This document shows positions 38,130 through 50,065 of a DNA stretch of 64,000 bases, one piece after another. Made by a program: the position numbers and the translations under genes. The stretch comes from Octopus sinensis (Eukaryota). The stretch covers positions 248,001-312,000 of the forward strand of contig NW_021832224.1 in NCBI RefSeq assembly GCF_006345805.1. The letters are read 5' to 3'. How positions within the stretch are numbered: the first letter of the stretch is position 1; every line of letters starts with the position of its first letter. Under the pieces are notes generated by a model that saw nothing but the letters and a program-made list of their open reading frames with translations, was not told the DNA's origin and searched no databases.

Positions 38130-39780
38130 AATAAACGGCTAATTAATTACCATTGTAAATCTCTTAAAAATCGATGGTTTAGGTGAGCAGTAAACTGAGT
38201 CTACGAATGAGGGGTAATATTTTATTTAACCCCATTCCCCGTGAAATTGGGAGGAAAAAAACCGACAGACTTCTTAGGGTCACACCATAAGTTAATGCCA
38301 ATACTATCCGTCTGACGTGTTTGACAGGGAAAATGTGCTCAATATAAACAATCCGTTCACTTTGCCCATGCTCAAAAATCAGAAATAATTTTAGTATACC
38401 AGATAATCCATACAGGCCAAAGTTGAGAAATGTCATAAATACAATCTTTTGGCATGGGAGTTGTTCAGATAAAGAAGTATTGTTGGTTACTTTTTCCTCT
38501 AAAAAGAGGAGATTAATCGCCACCGGATAACGAGCGGATGAATAAGTTTTTAATTATCACATAAATAATTTTTTGTTTGAATGAATAATATTCACATTGT
38601 ATATGTAAATTTTACATTGATTATTTTGTTCAACTAGCAATTTGATAAAATTCGAACATAGATAACAGTGAATACTATTTCCACCATCAAGCCTGTCATA
38701 AATTGAATTCCTATCTAGACGGCGACGGCGGTCTCCGAAGAGAAAAATTGGATCTCTAGAGGAACATACGGGAATAAATACGACTTTATTTTTGGAATTA
38801 CTCACAAAAAGTCTCAAAATGTTTCATTTTTTTATCTAGACTCGTAACTATTTTTATGTGTATCAACAGTATTATGTTTTTGTATACTTTTAACAGCGGA
38901 AAAATATGCTCCAATGCTTTTATCTGAGTACGTTTTGAAGCATATTGATTAGTTTACATAATATTAAAACAACTTTCAAGAGTTTAAGGATTTGGCTTAT
39001 GTTTGAAAACACCGAATCCAAATCGATTCTGAGGATGAGACTAAACAGCATCCATCTTGCATCCTGAATCTCCCACAAAATTTATATAGTTCTGTTCTTT
39101 TGTAAAGGATTCTGAACAACATTTTTGATTGACATTGTACAAGCTCAGGTTTCCGAGTTGTGGAAGAATATGTTTTGTGTATTGCAAAGATGAATTCTCT
39201 TTCTTACATAAGTCCTCTTCGGGTGAGCCGTGCTTGTGCCATAAGTAAATGTCTTCCTTTCTGTAATATCCTCGTGTTACCGAGAATAGAGATTCATTTC
39301 TTTTTTTTGCCACAAATTTCGTCGGGTCTATCTTTTCTGTTACTCGATTCCACAATTTCAGTTTTTCATGTTCATCTGATTTATATGTACATTTTTAGTG
39401 ACCAGTCTGACATATTGTCTTGTATTTTCAGAATTAAGCCTTTTAGCTCTTCTTTATTCTAAGGACCGGTCTTGAGTATAGAAGAGCCGTTTTAAAATAA
39501 ATTAGAAACAGAATAAGAGATAATAGAACTCTTTTGGGTGTCGAATATTGTTTCAAACCTTCTCGGCAATGAATTTCTAGTCATCACAATTAGTCTGGTC
39601 TTCAAATCTAATCATTCTGACCGTCAAGCCTCCAAATACATGTTGAAGTTTATTTCTATCGACCGAATCTTGCATGTCAAGACTACATGTCTAATGTTCT
39701 TAACCTTACCCTCAAGTTTGTGTGGTTTTGAATAGGAGCCCCTTCCTAGTAGTAGGGACGCATCTCTTCTATACATTTCG
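38130..39780 (-). CDS. Probable uncharacterised multi-exon gene (structure unresolved)
   Basis: Coding-like composition with open segments (for example 39041-39355) separated by short GT-AG candidates. No family recognised. Confidence 0.3.
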
Positions 39781-40059
39781 TTTAGAATCCAATTAGTAAC
39801 TTTTTACAGTCTCTGTGTTTCTTATTTAAAGAATTCGGAATTTAGATAATCCGAGCCTAAGTTTTTGTTTTTCTTTAGCCTGGAGTTTGCAAGTATTGCC
39901 TGTAGTTATTTAATCCTCTGTAGTTATTTAATCATCTAATTTGCGCTGTTTTAAATTGGTCGTTAGTTTTCCTTGATAGTTCGATTTTAATGTTGTTTAA
40001 AATGGTCCGCAATCAGTTCGGGCACTTCATACTGATCTGATATTTGTTTTTCATTTTAG

Positions 40060-40330
40060 TCTTGTAAGATCTGCTGTCTAATACAAAACTCCTATCTTTT
40101 TGAATATAAAAGTGAAGATTTGGCCCAACCTTTGTCTCAATTGCGTTTTTTAGTGTTGGACGAGACAGATAGTCTGTTGGAAGAAGACTTTGAGACACAA
40201 CTAAGTTCAATCATCTCATTCCTTTCCACAAAAAACCGACAAACGTTGATGTTTAATGCCACGGACAGGTGGCCACTGATGTTGCTCAGAGGAGTGGACA
40301 CGCCTTCTGATAAAATTCCTTGTCTTGTAA
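40060..40330 (+). pseudogene. DEAD-box helicase fragment (DDX49/DDX47-like) with degenerate motifs
   Basis: LRFLVLDETDSLLEEDF..RQTLMFNAT, with DEAD changed to DETD and SAT to NAT. No flanking helicase motifs are seen. Confidence 0.6.
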
Positions 40331-41362
40331 TAAACGTGGTTCACTTTGATCTCAATATTAAGTTTAAAATACTATCTTCCCCGAGATTGAGAGAGCCCTA
40401 TACACCCCTCGACAAAAAAATCCGGACATTCAATAAATCGTTATTTTAATTATTAATTTTTTATGACAAAAAATTCCTTAAGAATGTCAAAAAATAAAAT
40501 ATTAGTACGATATACGCTTTTTTTTGATTTGAATAATTTTAAACTACGAGATCTCGGCTACGGGGGCAAATCACGTAACGAGTATTGTAATGAATGTTGG
40601 GACAATCAATAAGCGTGTAAATGAAGGAAGTAGCTTTATTCGAATATTAATTAACTATCTCCTTTGAAGGATTTCGTCATCATCTGGTATGTGGATTTAG
40701 CTGGGACAATAGTTGAGAGACTACCTAGGAAAATAGTTGAGAGTACGGCACGAGGGAAACCTTAGAAACTTAAGTGTTTATGACAACATGGAAGTGCTAT
40801 TAACTAACCTAACTTTCCCAAACCAGGGTCATTAAAAATAAATAATATCATGAAAAATTGACTATTTTTAAAAACTACTCCTAAAAGCGGGACTGCCTCA
40901 AGCGATGTCGTATTGTAATGATATTTTGAAATTATTTAAATTGTTTGTAACAAGAAAAGAGTAAAAAAAGTAACTAATAATTACAGCATTATTAACAAGA
41001 TCGTGCTTTATGTCTCGGGTCCAGTTTTTTTGCGAATTGATTTGTTGATTCCTACTTTCATGTACTGTTTCTTGATTGAAAGTCATTTTAGTGGGAGGAA
41101 TGTTTGTAGTAAAACTATTTGTTGTAGTGTTTGGTGTATTAGGTATTCGGTCGAAATACGACATTTGATTTGTTCCAAGAAAGCTATAAAATTTGTAGAC
41201 TACCAATCCAAATTAATTTGGTAAATAATTGGTTTCTATATCCAACTGTTGACCAGTTCAAGATTGGTAGAAGACCTGAGGGTATAGTTGATCTAACAAT
41301 CTATTTTGTGAACTACAATAATAGATAGTTTGGAAAGGAACAAAATTGATTGGATATCTATA

Positions 41363-43207
41363 CAGTACGACCCCGGTTGGGGCAGCATTTTTATCATAGT
41401 GCCCCAAAAAGCGGGGGTGCCCCCAAAATGCGAGGGTAAAGATTTTTTTGCTTTTATTTTCTCCTCAATAGATTTTTATTGCATTTTAGACTATAAATTA
41501 AAATTATTTAATATTAATAAAAATTCTAACATAGTCCTTTCTTAATAAAATTTAAAAATGTTAATAAATCCAACAAAAAATACTATTAAAGTAATCAGTA
41601 ATTTTCTCACCGAATTGTTTTTATCAAAATATATCACTAGTCATCCACGAATTTTTGATGCAGCATATAGTACTCCGTGATCCTCAGCGTTAAATTTTTT
41701 AAACACCTAGGAGATTTGAATTTTCCAATTAATAGAGGTTTTAACTTTTCACCAAGTGCATTACAACAAAGGAGAAGGGTAACTTTCTCTTTGCTCATTT
41801 TAATTCCATTGCATTTGTCATTAAATTGAACAAAAGATTTCGACGGCGTTCGCTTTATGTATAAAGCTGTTTCATCACAGTTAAAATATTTTCACTTCCT
41901 ACAGTTTCCAAACAGTTGTCATAATCAGCAAAAAAATTGGAAACCGTTAGAAAGGTCAGATGAATTCTTTTCTCCACTTATAGTTTAAATAGCAACTCGT
42001 GTCTTTTCTTGAACCGGTCTAGCCATCCATTTGATGCCTTAAATGATTCATTAATTATCTTTTTAGATAATTTTTGCAATCAGTTTTAAGATAGTTCCAG
42101 AAATTGGAAGAAATTCATCTCTCAGACGTAGAAAAGTTTCAAAAACTAATCTATCTAATTCATTATTTGGATCATGTGTTCCTTGATTCTATCGGATTCA
42201 GTTAATCCGCGTCAAAATAATAAACAAAATTTGTTAATGCGAGAATAGTACCTGTAATTAATAATTAGTTAAAAAAGATACCTTTGGTTTATACTTTTTA
42301 GCAAGATCTCTTTCTGAAAATTGACCATGTTTTATATCTTTAGCGATTTTAATTTTGTTTCATAATTAATCTTTGAATTCTTTTTACGAACCTACTAAAG
42401 TCAAAATAAACACGTGAAATAATATGTCGCGAGCGCGACGCGCACATTTGACAGCTAACAAGCCTGTCATCAACAATATATTTATACATTATTTAAAATT
42501 TTAACATGATTTAAATAAAATTGAAATAACTTAAGTTTTCCATTGAATCCCATAAAATAATTTATAAGTAGACCTTAATAGAAAAGTAAAATCAATGAAT
42601 ACTGAACGCTATTTTGTTTAGGTTGTGAGGGGGGTAATAATTTGACAAATCTCATTGCTATTTTTTCGTTTTAATCTCTAAAATTAGGTCTTCTAATCAA
42701 AAATGAACTGTGCAGACAGGCTTGCTCCTTCAGAAGATTCTTGTTTTGACTTTTTTATAAATTATGAAGCATTTAGATTTTTTTCTCATTATTCTAAAAA
42801 ATCAATTATAAATTTAAATATTATTTTTATTTATGAAATCGGTTTTAAAGCTCATTCTGCTTTGGCATCGATTTTAATTTTTGTTATCGAATATATTTAA
42901 TCCCAAATACAAGCCTTGGTATTTGTCAATTTATAGATTTTTTGATTGATCGGATCTGGAAATTGAGTGGTTGCTCGCTGCGCTCGGTGCTCGCTGCGCT
43001 CGCGACATAATAGTATTAATTATATAATAAATAAACTAACATTTTGTAATTAAATAAATTAAATAAGTGCCCCAAACCGGGGTCATCAAAAATAAATAAT
43101 AGAATGAAAAATTTACTGTTTTCAAAAACTGCCCCTAGCGGGGTGCCCAAAAACAGCGGGTGCCACCCATGGGTCTGCCCATGGGGTCCCCAACCGGGGT
43201 CGTACTG
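41363..43207 (-). mobile_element. pogo/Tigger-like transposon (second family), decayed, with a nested insert
   Basis: TIRs CAGTACGACCCCGGTTGGGG with TA TSDs. FKASNGWLDRFKKRH, FNCDETA and VTLLLCCNALGEKLKPLLIGK motifs. Confidence 0.92.
42423..43015. mobile_element. Helentron-associated (HINE/DINE-like) or other non-autonomous insert nested in the pogo element
   Basis: 14-bp inverted repeat TATGTCGCGAGCGC (42423-42436, 42996-43009) and a duplicated GCTCGCTGCGCTCG motif. Confidence 0.55.
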
Positions 43208-43519
43208 TAATAGTATTTTTCCAGTTAAAGTAATCAATGCCGAAGACATGAAATAACAGAAAATTTCTTTTTTGAAAAGAAATTAATGACACATTTTCAA
43301 ACAAGAAAACGTGGCTCTCTGCAAAGAAATTAAAAAAATAGTCGACGGAAAACATTCCAGATAAATGGTTATACGATGCCGGGAATTTAGTTAGTTAATA
43401 ACTATTTGTTAATCTTAATAATAAATGGTATGGTGTGTGTCTGTCTGTTGTCTGTCTGTGTGTCTGTCTGTGTGTCTGTCTGTCTGTGTGTGCACACCAA
43501 CTTCAAATTGGCAATACGA

Positions 43520-44119
43520 GTCCTCGACTTACATGATGAGGTCCTAAAAACCTTCCCCCCAAAAAAAATAAAAAAAAAATTTTCTGCATTTTGGTTAAAA
43601 TGAACAACTACAATGTCCTCGACTTACATGATGAAGTCCTTAAAACCTTCCCCCCAAAAAAATTAAAAAAAAATTTTCTGCATTTTGGTTAAAATGAACA
43701 ACTACAATGTCCTCGACTTACATGATGAAGTCCTTAAAACCTTCCCCCCAAAAAAATTAAAAAAAAATTTTCTGCATTTTGGTTAAAATGAACAACTACA
43801 ATGTCCTCGACTTACATGATGAAGTCCTTAAAACCTTCCCCCCAAAAAAATTAAAAAAAAATTTTCTGCATTTTGGTTAAAATGAACAACTACAATGTCC
43901 TCGACTTACATGATGAAGTCCTTAAAACCTTCCCTCCCAAAAAAAATTAAAAAAAAATTTTCTGCATTTTGGTTAAAATGAACAACTACAATGTCCTCGA
44001 CTTACATGATGAAGTCCTTAAAACCCCCCCCCAAAAAATCAAAAAATTATTTTGCATTTTGATTAAAATGAACAACGCGAATGTCCTCGACATTCATGAT
44101 GAGGTCCATTAAAACCTTC
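43520..44119. repeat. Tandem array of about 6.4 units of about 94 bp inside the Helitron
   Basis: GTCCTCGAC unit starts at 43520, 43615, 43709, 43803, 43897, 43993 and 44083. Units are near-identical. Confidence 0.97.
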
Positions 44120-44334
44120 AAGGCAAAAATCTCACGTATTAAGAATATCCTTGATGAAAACGACAGCGAGAATATTAACAATGATGAACTCCCATTATTC
44201 GCGATAAAGAAATTCAATTCATCCTATGTTTTTCTCTTTAAAATTAAATGCATATATCATTATCGACCATGAATCAAAATAAAGCTATTATCATATTTGA
44301 CTTTGACAGAATGTGCAATCACAGATTGCACGAC

Positions 44335-44530
44335 TTTGAATAGAGTGTGCAATTAACAGATTTTGAAAAACCACTTTGATAGTTGAAACCACATTAGCAC
44401 AATCATTAACACAATTTACCACCAATTGACGCACGACCTTGAATAGAGTGTGCAATTAAGATTTTGAAAAACACTTTGATAGTTGAAACCACATTAGCAC
44501 AACCATTAACACAATTTACCACCAATTGAC
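44335..44530. repeat. Tandem duplication of about 100 bp inside the Helitron
   Basis: TTGAATAGAGTGTGCAATTAA..ACCACCAATTGAC occurs twice. Confidence 0.9.
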
Positions 44531-45499
44531 AGCGCAATCAGAAGAATTTGCGTAAAAATATTAACTATTTACTTGAGTTTTTCGTAAAGATAGAATTATT
44601 TTCGGTATGCCTCTTTTCCTAAACTTTTTTTATTATTCAAAAATAATTTTTTAAATAGATAACCGAAGGAGGAAAAACGAAGCTGAAGAAAAAAACGGTC
44701 AGCTTAATAAGGTAATTAATTAAATCTTTTTTGTGTGTCGCTTTCTTGCCTGCCGCATCTCCCCTGCCCCATTTCCGCCAGTAAAAAACAAAAAAATAAA
44801 AAAAGAAAAAAAGGAAATTACAACGGAAAAATGAAAAAATTAAATATAAAAAAATAGACCACAAAAAATGAAAAAAAAGTTTGCAATGACAATAAACAAG
44901 GCCCAGGGACAGTCATTAAAGGTAGTTGGGTTATTTTTAGAGAGTGAGTGCTTTTCACATGGACAGCTGTATGTGGGATGCTCGAGGGTAGGCAGAAGAG
45001 AAAATTTATTCATATATGCCAAGGAAGGACGGACGACAAACATCGTTTATCAACAGGCGATAGAATAGGGTTACATTAACCAGGTATTTATACATCTACA
45101 TAAACTTATAGTTGTTTGATGAAACAGGCCCTCCGCAGGAGCTAGGTCGCGGTGAGCGAAGCGAGCTGCCGAGCTAGTTACTAAATAATTATTAAAAAAA
45201 AAAAAAATGGTTATATTCAAAATAAATTTATTCAGTTCAAAATCGCAAATAAATAAAAAATGCCTAAATATGAGCAGCACCAATTATGCGATCACAAAAG
45301 AGAGCCCACATGCCCTCCGGAAGCTTTATCTGCAACCTAGCAATTGAACAAATGGTCCCGTCATTTTTCATTTTAAGGTACATTATTAATGTGACAACCA
45401 ATCAATTCTAATTGGATATGTCAGGTTAATTTTATTAAATGCTTACCCTTTAAGATATTTTGGCGATCATGCTCCTCTTACAGAAGATTTATTACTCGT

Positions 45500-46621
45500 C
45501 AAAAGAAAACTAAATCAAAGTGAAAAGATCAGAATTTGCAAGGATATACAGTCGGGTCATAAGGATAAAGAAAACATTTTCAACTGTGATGAAACTGCAT
45601 TATTTTATAAAGCTGTTTCCAAAAAGAGTTTTGTTGAAAGAAATGAGTCACACAGCGGACATGAAATAAGAAAAGAACGTATGACACTTCTTTTGTGTTG
45701 CATTTACACAGGAGAAAAATATAAACCGCCTATAATTGGGCGTACGAAGTCACCAAGAGTATTAAAAGGTGTGAATCTGAAAGAAATTGGCATTGAATAT
45801 AATGCTTCGTGGAAAGCCTAGATGACAAAAAATATTTTTGAAAATTGGTTATTTCGATTTAACGAAGAAATGAGGGTGAAAAGAAGGAAAATAGCATTGT
45901 TGATTGACAATGCAACTTGTCATGCTGTTTCTCTCAAACTTTCAAACGTCGACGTAATATTTTTTCCAAAAAATACAAGTTCCTTAATTCAGCCATGTGA
46001 CCAAGGGATAATAAATGCATTTAAGAATCATTTCAATAACTGGATTATGAAAACGATTATATATGATAAAAATCCTGCAGCACAAATAGATAAAGCAATA
46101 AAGGGAATCACAATATTGGACGGTATTTCATGTACGAAATTGGCATGGGACGAGATTACCAACACTTCAATACAACATTGCTTTAAAAAAGCTTTGGAAT
46201 ATGACTGTCGGGAAAAAGAGGACATCGGAGAAAGTCTGATTAATTCCGATATTGTGGAAAATGCGAATTTGGAAAGTTTCTGGGATGATAACAGTAGTGA
46301 TGAAGAGGACTGCAGTGAACAATTTCTGGAACATTTGGATGATCAACAAGTTATAAACAATGCGGAATGCGCATTCACAATGCTGCTAAATCTTATTAAG
46401 CAAGAGACTTCGGAAAATGTATTTGATCTATTCAGAAAAAAATATTATGAGTTCGATGCAAAAAAAACAAAACACTCGAAAAATAAAAATTGTAGTTATC
46501 CGTCTCGGTTATATTATTAAGGTAGGATATCGAACAGGAGAGACCTAAATTTAATGAAAAAGCTTTTTTGAGGGAAAAACCTCAAAATTGGGGGAAATTT
46601 CCCCAATTCGAGGTCGCACTG
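45500..46621 (+). mobile_element. pogo/Tigger-like copy of the 13956-15329 family, left end missing
   Basis: Same right TIR followed by TA. IFNCDETALF..IDNATCH..QPCDQGII, with an in-frame TAG near 45819. Confidence 0.93.
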
Positions 46622-46639
46622 TAACGTTATTTTACCTTT

Positions 46640-47790
46640 CCTGGCACGACCTGTCATATGAGATCACAATGGCTGTTCTGCGTGGATACAGTTATCTTAA
46701 ATGATTTAATAATGTTTGGACAGTCCAATTTGTTATTTCTTGGTTTCTAACTTTCTAGCTGACTTATTAAAATATTTGTTCAAAAATTGAAATTTTCTGA
46801 ATAGCTAGAATTTATGATTAGTGGTATCATTAAGAAAATTATATCTCCTTAAGCTCAATTTTCTATAAGTGGTGCACTAAGAATGAGGAAGCTTTTTAAT
46901 TTAAAGCAGAAACAATGTTTTTTTGACTCCGAAATCTCTCAATTGAATATTGGTATGCAATAAAGTTCTAAGAAATAGTTAATTATGCACTTCTTCAATA
47001 GAGAAAGAGAAAATGCGTGTTAATAATAATTGGCCTTATAAAGGTAACAGTACTATATAGATCAGTGAATTATATTATTCATAGAATGGACTATAAAGAT
47101 CTCTGCTAAATAAACGTGGATCATTTGACTACAAAATGTGAGCGCATCCTCAACAGTGATTATTTTCGGTAACACAATGAAGTCATCAGATACATTCATA
47201 TCCATCTTTGTAGAAAATATGGCATTACTAAATTAAAGAAATTCAAAAAAACTCTGTATAATCTACAGTATATAATGAATTTGAGTGGACACGACAATAA
47301 ATACCGTCATCGTTGTCCACAACAATAAACCTGATATTTTCATGCCGGATAAGACAAAAAACGATAATCTTAATTGAGGTTGGAATCAATTGTCAAAAGT
47401 TACTGAAACATGTTGAAATTAAAAAGATGTATAAATACGACCTGCTAGCAAGTGGATTAGCATTAATTCACAATCTTAAAGTGAATGTATTCTTTTGGTA
47501 CTAATTTGATATTTTAAGGAACTTTTACAAACATTACCAAAATACTCTTAAAGTAGATGACGCAATCAAAATGCATATTTAAAGCATATGGAAGACTTTA
47601 GACACTACGAGATTTCCAAGATCGAAAATTTGGCGATTGTCAAAGAACAATTTGAAGAGGAAACTACAAGTAAAATAACATGAAACTAAGACGTGGGCTG
47701 AAGATTCTCAACTTCAAGTGGAAGTCGTTGCTAGATCTTGTGACGATGAGGAAACTGCAAAGGGGGTGGATAGTAGCTTGAAAAAAAACA
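46640..47790 (+). mobile_element. Decayed RLE-type non-LTR retrotransposon 3' portion (R4/NeSL-like)
   Basis: VDHLTTKC..HNEV zinc-knuckle remnant and NKPDI..IILIEVGI..KMYKYDLLA RLE motifs. Confidence 0.75.
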
Positions 47791-47812
47791 TGTGAATTGA
47801 AAATTTAATCGG

Positions 47813-48155
47813 ATTTGGGCTCCTGGGAAGTATAGTTGTAAGGCTTAAAGGAATTGCCGGAAGGGCATCACCAAGAGTAAAGCTTGCGGCTCAATTTGAC
47901 TCAACACAGAAAAACTCACTCTGGCCTAAAACAATGTGGATTAACAGACGGATAGCTCTTTCTTAATATTGTGGGTAGTGGTGCCTAACCTTTGTTGGTT
48001 GGTGGAGTGATTTGTCTGGTTTATTCCCATAACAAACGTCACTCAGACTTACTTACTAGTCATTTGATTCTATTATTCGACTACTACGAAAGATCAGTGT
48101 AAAAAAACACTTAAAAATAAGCAATGTGATTGCCCTTAGATGTTCGGGCCGCACC
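47813..48155 (+). pseudogene. Degenerate 18S rRNA fragment
   Basis: CTTAAAGGAATTG.CGGAAGGGCA, TGCGGCTCAATTTGACTCAACAC, GTTGGTGGAGTGATTTGTCTGGTT and TGCCCTTAGATGTTCGGGCCGCAC are SSU conserved blocks, with substitutions and deletions. Confidence 0.92.
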
Positions 48156-48574
48156 AGTTCAAAGGGAAAAAAGAAGAAATGGAGAAATTCAATCCAAACA
48201 CAACTTAAAAAGCGTATTTAAATATCCAAAATAGCATTATTAGCCAAATTCTGAATATAATACAGAAACTACAGAGTAATATTAATTATGACTTTTTTTA
48301 AAAAGGGGGAATATTTTTAGATCTAAAGGTACCAAAATAAAAATACTCTTCATCATAATTCATAAAAATGTGAAAATAACTTTGATTTTTGCATTCATTT
48401 TAGTCATACCTCCCCGTCCGTATAAATGAAACTGCTCGTAAAATTTCCTAACTTTTAAACTCATTTCTCCAGTCTCTGAAAGAAAGCTACATCAGATCGT
48501 CTACCTCTCATTAAATAGACTATCAATTGTTTATAATGTCAATATTAAAAATTCTTATTACAAAAAAATACTGA

Positions 48575-50065
48575 TCACCAGGTAATGTCTATAACACTAC
48601 GAGCAACAGGATGAAAATCAGTCCGAAATGACTTTCTAGGGAGAGAACGCTCGTGACATAACTCGGATGCCTCGTCCTCCAAGATTTTCTTCATAACATC
48701 GACATCACTCCCGGGTATCTGCCCCCCACCACCAATGCATCCTACCAAATAAAAATTCCCAAAAACCATCAGAACAAGCCATAATCTCCACAAAATCATA
48801 CTCAAAACGCCTTCTCTTCATACGCTGGACAAAATTGTGGATATTCCGGAATCCATAAACATAAGCAAACTTCGGAAACTCAACATCCCCGTCTAATTTG
48901 ACTTCCCGAATATTTTTTGACCTTTTAAATAGAAATGAACAAAACTACGCTGAAGGGACAAAATGACTGGATGGAATAAACTTAATTCCTTTAATTTTTT
49001 CGACACTTTTTTTAAAAGTGGAATACAGCAATGATCCAGAACAGTCGTCGGGAGGAATGACGAGATCTTTTTCTGACTCAGAAAACCTTATAAATAAAAT
49101 CTAATTTCAAACAAATAATCAAAATCAGCTTCTTCGACCCCTTCAAAATAATTCGGACAAAAATCGACAAAATTAGACACCAAAAAATTATAGAACTCCT
49201 CTGAATGTGAAATAGCGACATTTCCAAGTACCTGTTGTGATCACAGTGTCGATATTTGCTTCATAATCTGGACGAGAGGCCTCAATTCGTTTATCGTAGC
49301 AAGACATGACGGAAACCACATATAATGGACTTCCTGATGACCTGTTTAGCTTGTTTTAAAAAAATAACTCAATTTTATCTCTAATTAGTTGCCCCATTAC
49401 ATTTTGGGGAGATTGTACGTGACTTAAATGACTTAAAAGTGACTCCCCGAGCATTTTCTCCGCATAACACACCAGACCTGGACAAGATGATGTTAATATA
49501 GGAAGGTTTTTGCTTTTGGGAGAGAAGGATTGAATAAATTCATCTGCCACTTCATTGGCTACAATTTCACTGGCTGAATTTAAATTAAAAACAAAATCAA
49601 CACCTAAAAATATTAACAAATGCGAACCACAAGACTTTAATAAATGAACAATTTTTCGCGCAGTTTTTTTTATTGATTGATTTAGGGTAGCCGCGATAGA
49701 TGCAAATGATTGATTGCAAATAAAAACAGCAATTAAATTATCACATGTCTAAAATAACTTGATATAGTAACCAAATTCATTTTTTTCTTTATAGTTTCTT
49801 TAAATCTGTCTATAGAGGCTGATGATAGTAACAGAGTCTCGGTTGAGGTAACACAACCACTACATGCCAAACAGTCACTCAAATTTATTTCAACTTCTTT
49901 TCCCTTAATCATTATTTTAATATTATACGATATTGCTAGTCTCTGGTTTGACAGGCTTGGACAATATTACGCAATCCTATTAGATATTATTAAATTAAAA
50001 ACTTGTGTAGGCTTTAGAAAATCGTTGATATTTGAGTTATTAATAATCGAACTAAACTTCTTCAT
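48575..50065 (-). CDS. CIAO3: Cytosolic Fe-S assembly factor NARFL/CIAO3 (Nar1), multi-exon
   Basis: NDFLKPTQDC, INLSDCLACSGCVTSTE, LTSSCPG..CYAEK, MSCYDKRIEASR, YGFRNIHNFV, GCIGGGGQI and FRTDFH..ITW*. Confidence 0.94.

Larger units (their letters stand above)
43413..45177 (+). mobile_element. Non-autonomous Helitron
   Basis: A|TC 5' end and CTAG|T 3' end after a GC-rich subterminal segment. (TGTC)n microsatellite near the 5' end. Pif1-helicase C-terminus FAMTINKAQGQSL..FSHGQLYVGCSRV at 44868-45068. Confidence 0.9.

Noticed and set aside
40585-40788. Possible solo LTR (TG...CA)
   Set aside because: No TSD, PBS/PPT or second copy is present in the window.
43520-44119. Regular ~94-bp periodicity as a CRISPR array
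   Set aside because: Whole units are near-identical with no unique spacers, there are no cas genes, and the array lies inside a eukaryotic Helitron.
47813-48155. Functional rRNA gene
   Set aside because: It is only a short piece with deletions and substitutions in invariant positions, and there is no flanking rDNA.
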